A DNA stretch of 64,000 nucleotides from an uncultured Gemmatimonadota bacterium (GTDB lineage: Bacteria; GCA-2686955). Below are positions 58,281-64,000 of the stretch, in pieces. The notes under the pieces are model-generated. The model was not told where the DNA came from, made no database searches, and saw nothing but the letters and a program-made list of their open reading frames with translations. A program made the position numbers and the translations under genes. Position 1 is the first letter of the stretch. Each line of letters begins with the position of its first letter. The stretch is from the NCBI GenBank assembly GCA_964490075.1, contig CAZBBK010000003.1, forward strand, positions 1 through 64,000, written 5' to 3'.

Positions 58281-60497
58281 GGGTTCGCGTCGATCGGCCG
58301 GAGCGGTCTCGGCGGCCGGCGCGAGCAGAATGTGCAGCGCCGGAGCCCTTCCGAGATCGACCTTCAGCGTCGAGCCCGAGATCTCGGCCGGCACGGGCGC
58401 CAGCGCCGCCCCGCTCAAATCGAGCGCGGTGGCGACCAGGGGCGGAGCGTCCGCGGCGCGCTGGAGCGAGAAGCTGCCGCGCACCAGAGGGGTCTCGACG
58501 GGGGCCCGACCGAGCTCCACCAGGCGGCCCTCACGCACCACCTGGCCGCGGTTGCGCTCGCCGCCGACCACCGCGACCAGGATCTTCGGCGCACGCTCCA
58601 GCGGCTCCTCGTTCAGGCTGACCGCCAACAGGGTGCAGTCGGCGTCGACCTCCGAGCTCAGCGCCCCGGCCTGGTAGCGGCCGCCGGAGAGGGCGCCGAT
58701 CAGCCCCGCCACGCGCGGCGCGGCGATCTCCGCGTGACCCCTTCGTCCCGCTTCGTGAATCCGCCAGCGGATCTGACCGGTGTCGGTCGCCCGCTCCCGT
58801 GGATCGTCGATGGGCGGGGCCTCGCCGTCGCGCCCCGCCTCGAAGGAGCGCATCACGCGCCGCATCAGACCGACCTCCCAGGGCACACGCTTGCCCCACC
58901 AGCTGCGCCAGTCGCCTGTGAGCAGCTTCTCCACACCCTCGTAGAGCTGCTGCCGGTCGTGGTGGAGAACCAGCGGCTCGGGGGCCACGGCGAGATCGCC
59001 GCGGTGGAAGATCAACGCCGCCAGCGGCATCAGCGCCGCGTGGATCGGGCTGCGCGAGGCCGCGAAGGGATCCTCGATCGGGCCCGGCTGACAGGCTCGC
59101 GCCACCGTCTGGGCGTAGGCGAAGTGCATCATCCCGTCCCAATCGTGGTAGTCGGCGTAGGCGGCGGCGAGGGGGATCAGCTCGTAGGCGAAAGGGTCGG
59201 GCCAGCAGTGGTTCCATTCACTGACCGTGAAGGGCTTGCCGGCCACCTTGCTCAGCGCCCAGCGCGGAATCGGTGCGATCAGCCCGCCGCGCTTCTGACC
59301 CGGATGCAGTGCCGGGTTGGCGACCATGCTGGCATCGGGAACGATGTGCTTGCCCCGCCCCTTGCCGCGCGGCGGATTCCAGTAGCCGTGGGTGTCGATG
59401 TAGTCCATCTCCGCCTGCGCCGCCAGCCCGGGCAGAACGTCGTAGTGCTGGGTGCCGGTGATCGGGACCCGCACGCCCAGATCGCGCAGGTGGGCTGCCA
59501 GGCGGCGGTGGGCACGCACCTGGGTCTCGGCCAGAAAGCGCAGGCTCTCCTCGAGCCGGGTCGGGCTCATGCGCGGGAGCGCCTTCTGGCGTGGCGCACG
59601 GACCGTGCCGCGCGCCAGAGACTCATCTGCGAGCAGACCGCGGGCGCCCCAGGAGCGCCGCAGCGCCGCGTCGTCCGCGTAGCGTTTGCGCAGCCACTCG
59701 ATCCACAGCTGGTCGTAGATCTTCAGGTAGGGGGCCGGCAAGGCCGATTCGCCGCTGCCGTCGAAGGCGCCGGAGGCCAGGCCGCTGAACATCGAGGACT
59801 CGTTGCTGAGCTCCACCAGCGCCAGCGCCGGATCGTCGCAATAACGCACACCGCTGGCGGTATTGACGCGCGTCATGAGCCGTGTCGCCATCTCCTCTTG
59901 AAGGACCAGCAGGCGATCCACGAAATTGGTCGTCACCTTCTGCTTGAGCCGCAGTGGAGCCGGCAGTCCGTCGGCCTCGAAGTAGCGGCGCCCGACGTGC
60001 AAGTTGTAGTCGTAGTAGATGCCGTGGCGGGCGAGCGCCGCCACCAGGTGGTCGAGCTTGCGCAGCTGCTCCTCGACCAGGACGGTGGAGCGGCCGCTGG
60101 AGTAGTCGAAGATCCCGCGCGGCGCCGATGAAGTGTCGAGATGGTGGAGCCGCACCAGGTTGAACCCGAGCTTCGCCAGCCGCGCCGACAGGGCGTCGGC
60201 CTGCTCAAGCGGCGGCAGAGCGCCGTCGAAGGTGAGATTGGTGCCCCAGAACCGAGCCCGCGTACCGTCCTCGAAAACGAAACGTCCGTCGCGCGCGGTG
60301 ACGAATCCGCGGCGTCCGGCGGGGGGATCGAGCAGATGGCCCATGTGGGTGACCGACTCCGAGGCGTCGAGCACCGGCACCTCGGCGGGGAACCAGTCGG
60401 GCACCGCCTGCCCCGGCTGCCAGAGGATCGGTGTGGCTTGGGCGACGGTGAGGCGGACGCAGAGCGCCAGGATCGGAATGGCGGCCTTGGGGATCAT
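58194..60497 (-). CDS. Secreted glycoside hydrolase-like protein (clan GH-A, GH5/GH42-like)
   Basis: RFWGTN, GFNLVRLHH, GIY..NLH, ELSNE (acid/base), D.H.YW, VSEWN (nucleophile). Confidence 0.75.
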   Translation of the reverse strand: MIPKAAIPILALCVRLTVAQATPILWQPGQAVPDWFPAEVPVLDASESVTHMGHLLDPPAGRRGFVTARDGRFVFEDGTRARFWGTNLTFDGALPPLEQADALSARLAKLGFNLVRLHHLDTSSAPRGIFDYSSGRSTVLVEEQLRKLDHLVAALARHGIYYDYNLHVGRRYFEADGLPAPLRLKQKVTTNFVDRLLVLQEEMATRLMTRVNTASGVRYCDDPALALVELSNESSMFSGLASGAFDGSGESALPAPYLKIYDQLWIEWLRKRYADDAALRRSWGARGLLADESLARGTVRAPRQKALPRMSPTRLEESLRFLAETQVRAHRRLAAHLRDLGVRVPITGTQHYDVLPGLAAQAEMDYIDTHGYWNPPRGKGRGKHIVPDASMVANPALHPGQKRGGLIAPIPRWALSKVAGKPFTVSEWNHCWPDPFAYELIPLAAAYADYHDWDGMMHFAYAQTVARACQPGPIEDPFAASRSPIHAALMPLAALIFHRGDLAVAPEPLVLHHDRQQLYEGVEKLLTGDWRSWWGKRVPWEVGLMRRVMRSFEAGRDGEAPPIDDPRERATDTGQIRWRIHEAGRRGHAEIAAPRVAGLIGALSGGRYQAGALSSEVDADCTLLAVSLNEEPLERAPKILVAVVGGERNRGQVVREGRLVELGRAPVETPLVRGSFSLQRAADAPPLVATALDLSGAALAPVPAEISGSTLKVDLGRAPALHILLAPAAETAPADRREPSVDIPQRPHLIRDVPLDPHRPGIDRDRF

Positions 60498-60577
60498 CGG
60501 GGTCGACTCCGGCTGTGGGTGACGAGCTGCCGCTAGACTACGCCAGCAAAGGGGGATCTGGCGAAGAGCGCGCCGTC

Positions 60578-60606
60578 TTGACGCTGCACGGGGCCATGGC
60601 TATGGT
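60578..60606 (+). promoter_or_regulatory. sigma70 promoter
   Basis: TTGACG-N17-TATGGT upstream of the symporter. Confidence 0.65.
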
Positions 60607-60651
60607 CGCGCGGCGTCGTCCTTTTCGCTCTTTTCCCACCAGGTGCGCGGC

Positions 60652-62280
60652 ATGATCCAATCCCTTTTGTCGAGGCTCGTTCCACTCCTGCTGCTGGTCG
60701 CGACCTGGCCCGCCGCCGCGCAGCAGAGCGCGTCACCGCAGGCGGCCCCCGCCCCCACTCTCACCGAGCGGATCGACGCGGTCTTCGAAGAGGGAGTGGT
60801 GGTGCTCGACGCGGTGCTCTACTGGTCGCCGATCGCCGTGACGCAGACTCCGGGAGGGGAGCGGCTGCGGGTGCTGGGACTGCCCGCGGACCTGGAGGCG
60901 GTCGACCCGGGCAACGGCGCCCCGCCCGAGCAGGGGATTCCGCTGGTGGTGCTGGTGCTGCTGCTGGGAGCGCTCGGCTTCACCCTCTACAACCGCTTCA
61001 TCAACGTGAGGGCCTTCACACATTCGCTGCGCGTCATCCGTGGCGACTACGACAACCCCGACGACAAGGGCGAGATCAGCCACTTCCAGGCCCTGACCTC
61101 GGCCCTCAGCGCAACCGTCGGCCTGGGCAATATCGCCGGCGTGGCGATCGCGGTCGGCACCGGCGGACCGGGCGCGGTGTTCTGGATGCTGCTGGCGGCC
61201 TCGCTGGGAATGACCTCCAAGTTCGTGGAGTGCAGCCTGGCGCAGCTCTACCGCCGCTTCGACCCCGACGGCACGGTGCACGGCGGTCCGATGTACTACA
61301 TCTCGATCGGTCTGCGCGAGCGGGGGTGGGCGCGGCTCGGGCGGATCACGGCGGTCATCTTCGCGCTCTTCTGCATCGGCGGGTCGCTCGGCGGCGGCAA
61401 CATGTTCCAGGCCAACCAGGCGGGGCAGCAGATCGCGGGCGAGATCCCGATGCTCGGCGATGGCTTCGGCCCGCATCTCGTCGGCCTCGCCCTGGCGGCT
61501 CTGGTCGGCATCGTGATCATCGGCGGCATCCGCCGGATCGGCGAGGTGACCGCGAGGGTGGTGCCCTTCATGTGCGTGGGCTACGTGCTGGCCGGGCTCT
61601 ATATCGTCTTCGCGAACGTCGGCGAGATCCCGCGCGTGGTGGGGCTGATCTTCAGCGAGGCGTTCAGCTTCGAGGCCGGCTTCGGCGGCTTTCTCGGCGT
61701 GATGGTGACCGGCATCCGCCGCGCGGTCTTCTCCAACGAGGCGGGGGTCGGATCGGCAGCCATCGCCCACTCGGCGGCGCGCACCGAGTGGCCGATCCGC
61801 GAAGGCGTCGTGGCGTCGATCGGTCCCTTCATCGACACCATTCTGATCTGCCTGATGACGGCGATGGTGGTGATCGTGACCGGCGCTTACGACAATCCCG
61901 AGGCGGGCAGCGGGGTCAGCATGACCAGCTGGGCCTTCGGCTCGGTCTTCCCCTGGTTCCCGAAGGTGCTGACCGTGGCGGTGGTGCTCTTCGCCTACAG
62001 CACGATGATCAGCTGGAGCTACTACGGAGAGAAGGCGAGCGCCTACCTCTTCGGGCACGGAGCGCGGGTGCGCCTGGCCTATCGTCTGCTCTTCCTGGCC
62101 TTCGTCTACTTGGGGACCGTGACCAGCCTCGACAACGTGCTCGAATTCTCCGATCTGATGATCCTCTCGATGGCCTTTCCGAATGTGGTGGGGATGGTGT
62201 TCCTGGCGCCCTTGGTGCTGCGCCGCTCGAACGAGTACATGGCCAAGCTGAAGGCCGGGGAGTTCCCGGTCTACCGATGA
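60652..62280 (+). CDS. Alanine/glycine:cation symporter (AGCS family)
   Basis: SHFQAL..ALSATVGLGNIAGVA..GGPGAVFWM, GGPMYY, GNMFQAN, FSNEAG.GSA, DTILIC, WSYYG. Confidence 0.95.
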   Translation: MIQSLLSRLVPLLLLVATWPAAAQQSASPQAAPAPTLTERIDAVFEEGVVVLDAVLYWSPIAVTQTPGGERLRVLGLPADLEAVDPGNGAPPEQGIPLVVLVLLLGALGFTLYNRFINVRAFTHSLRVIRGDYDNPDDKGEISHFQALTSALSATVGLGNIAGVAIAVGTGGPGAVFWMLLAASLGMTSKFVECSLAQLYRRFDPDGTVHGGPMYYISIGLRERGWARLGRITAVIFALFCIGGSLGGGNMFQANQAGQQIAGEIPMLGDGFGPHLVGLALAALVGIVIIGGIRRIGEVTARVVPFMCVGYVLAGLYIVFANVGEIPRVVGLIFSEAFSFEAGFGGFLGVMVTGIRRAVFSNEAGVGSAAIAHSAARTEWPIREGVVASIGPFIDTILICLMTAMVVIVTGAYDNPEAGSGVSMTSWAFGSVFPWFPKVLTVAVVLFAYSTMISWSYYGEKASAYLFGHGARVRLAYRLLFLAFVYLGTVTSLDNVLEFSDLMILSMAFPNVVGMVFLAPLVLRRSNEYMAKLKAGEFPVYR

Positions 62281-62295
62281 TCAGTGGCCTGCCGA

Positions 62296-63201
62296 ATGGC
62301 TGAGCACCCACGCTGGCGCGATCTCGCCCGAGCCCCCGTTACCGCCGTCAGCGGGCGCATCGGCTGCGTCGCGGCGCCGTGGCTGGCCGCGGCGGCGCTG
62401 GTGGGCGCGCGGGGCGGACTCGGTGCGGCGCTGATCGCCGCGCTCCTGCTGGCCGGCGGGGGCGTCGGGATCTCCCGCATCGCCTTCCAGTGCAGCCGCC
62501 GCAACCCCTTCTACCGAGCGTTCGAGGGCGGACGCTTCGGGTGCAGCCGATTGCACCGGCTGGCGCTCCCGCTTGCCCTCTGTGGGGTGGGGGCCGGCAC
62601 TCTGTGGTGGAGCGGTAGGGCCCTCGGAGCCCTCGCGCTGCACGGGGCGAGCGCCTGGGGATGGGTGCTGGGACCGGTGCTGCTGGTCGTGGCGGCGCTC
62701 TTCTGTCTCGCCGGAAGCGCGTGCGCGGTCGCCCTGACGTGGGGGCCGGCGATCGTCGCCACCACCGACGAGGAGGGGCTCGAGGTGCTGGCGCAGACCC
62801 TGCGTGTCGCCGGCAGCGTGCGCGGTCTCGCCGGCTCCTGCGCGACGATCGTGCTTGCGGTCTTGGTGCTGGCGGTCGATCTGACGCTCTTTGCCGCGGC
62901 GATCGATCTCTGGGTCGCCGAGGGTGCCCTGGCGGGCCTCCTGGACGCCTGGCGCGACGGATACGCTCTGCCGCCTGCGCCCGAAGCTCCACGTGGGCTC
63001 ATGCGCGGCGGGGCGGCGCTCGCACTGCTGCACGCCTACGCCACCTGGCACTGCGCCGCGGTCGGGGGTTATCTGGCGCTGCGCGAGCGGTTCGACGGCG
63101 AGAATCTGCTCGAGCGCGAGGATCCTGAGAGCTACGAGAGCGCGCTGCGGCGCGGGGAGCAACCACCCGCCGAGGTTGAGCGCGCCCCGGTCTGCCCATA
63201 A
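62296..63201 (+). CDS. Hypothetical membrane protein
   Basis: Several hydrophobic segments; C-terminal [10 protein letters not shown]. Confidence 0.6.
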   Translation: MAEHPRWRDLARAPVTAVSGRIGCVAAPWLAAAALVGARGGLGAALIAALLLAGGGVGISRIAFQCSRRNPFYRAFEGGRFGCSRLHRLALPLALCGVGAGTLWWSGRALGALALHGASAWGWVLGPVLLVVAALFCLAGSACAVALTWGPAIVATTDEEGLEVLAQTLRVAGSVRGLAGSCATIVLAVLVLAVDLTLFAAAIDLWVAEGALAGLLDAWRDGYALPPAPEAPRGLMRGGAALALLHAYATWHCAAVGGYLALRERFDGENLLEREDPESYESALRRGEQPPAEVERAPVCP

Positions 63202-63278
63202 CCTGTGACGGGCCCCACGGCGCCGGACGCGACGCAGGGCCGCCCCTCGGAGCGAGCATCGAGATCGACAGAGGATTC

Positions 63279-64000
63279 ATGGCAGACGCCTCCCGCATTC
63301 GCAACTTCTGCATCATCGCCCACATCGACCACGGCAAGTCGACGCTGGCCGATCGCTTGCTGGAGCTGACCGAAGCCGTCGGCGAGCGCCAGATGCGTGC
63401 GCAGGTGCTCGACGACATGGAGCTGGAGCGGGAGCGTGGCATCACCATAAAGGCGCATCCGATCCGCCTCGCGTACCGTGCCGCCGACGGTCACGACTAT
63501 GCGCTCACGCTGATCGACACTCCAGGGCACGTCGACTTCACCTACGAGGTCTCGCGCTCGTTGGCCGCCTGCGAAGGGGCGCTCCTGGTGATCGACGCCA
63601 GCCAGGGGGTCGAGGCCCAGACCCTGTCCAATCTCTACCTGGCGCTCGAGAACGACCTTACGATCATCCCCGTTCTCAACAAGATCGACCTGCCCAGTGC
63701 CGACATCGAAGGGATGAGCGAGCGCATCTGCGAGCTGATCGGCTGCCACACCGAGGAGATCCTGCGAGTCAGCGCCAAAGACGGCACCGGCTGCGAGCAG
63801 GTGCTGGAGGCGGTGGTGCGGCGCGTGCCGCCACCCGTGGGAGATCCCGACGCACCCCTTCGGGCATTGGTCTTCGACTCCGAGTACAACGTCTATCGCG
63901 GCGCGGTCTCCTGTCTGCGCGTGGTCGACGGCACGCTACGCGCCGGCCAGGGCTTCAAGTTCGCCACCCGCGACGCCGAGTTCAGCGCCGAGGAAGTGGG
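63279..64000 (+). CDS. lepA: Elongation factor 4 (LepA), partial; runs off the window
   Basis: [64 protein letters not shown]; not in the ORF track because it has no stop in the window. Confidence 0.97.
   Translation, partial: MADASRIRNFCIIAHIDHGKSTLADRLLELTEAVGERQMRAQVLDDMELERERGITIKAHPIRLAYRAADGHDYALTLIDTPGHVDFTYEVSRSLAACEGALLVIDASQGVEAQTLSNLYLALENDLTIIPVLNKIDLPSADIEGMSERICELIGCHTEEILRVSAKDGTGCEQVLEAVVRRVPPPVGDPDAPLRALVFDSEYNVYRGAVSCLRVVDGTLRAGQGFKFATRDAEFSAEEV

Overview
High-GC (roughly 70% by eye) bacterial chromosome segment from a diderm, probably uncultured lineage. The yicC-gmk-rpoZ-coaBC-udg-dnaB-glmM-glmS order and the short omega subunit resemble FCB-related candidate phyla, but this is inference only. 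The right part is housekeeping: secA, rqcH, the yicC...glmS-ridA-selC(tRNA-Sec)-gmhB operon, a sulfatase, a glycoside-hydrolase-like gene, an AGCS symporter and a partial lepA. The left and middle are accessory. They hold many cell-envelope glycosylation and modification genes (three GT-C enzymes, GT2/GT4, a methyltransferase, a carbamoyltransferase, a B12 radical SAM and a second radical SAM enzyme), TPR proteins, a CotH kinase, a fused and broken corrinoid-MttB locus, and a lower-GC island encoding a 1074-aa secreted GH-like protein plus an LVIVD protein. The ORF track does not explain several structures: (i) a 51-bp-period repeat family with a CTGAGCCGGCTCAG palindromic core at two loci 40 kb apart in opposite orientations; (ii) two sigma54-type promoters driving unannotated 41-58 aa microproteins; (iii) a ~295-bp MITE-like element; (iv) a promoter-driven structured intergenic region; (v) likely pseudo-enzymes or altered active sites (CysQ-like, peptidase C15-like). 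No CRISPR array, integrase or transposase gene was recognised. All family calls come from motif recognition by eye, not database searches.
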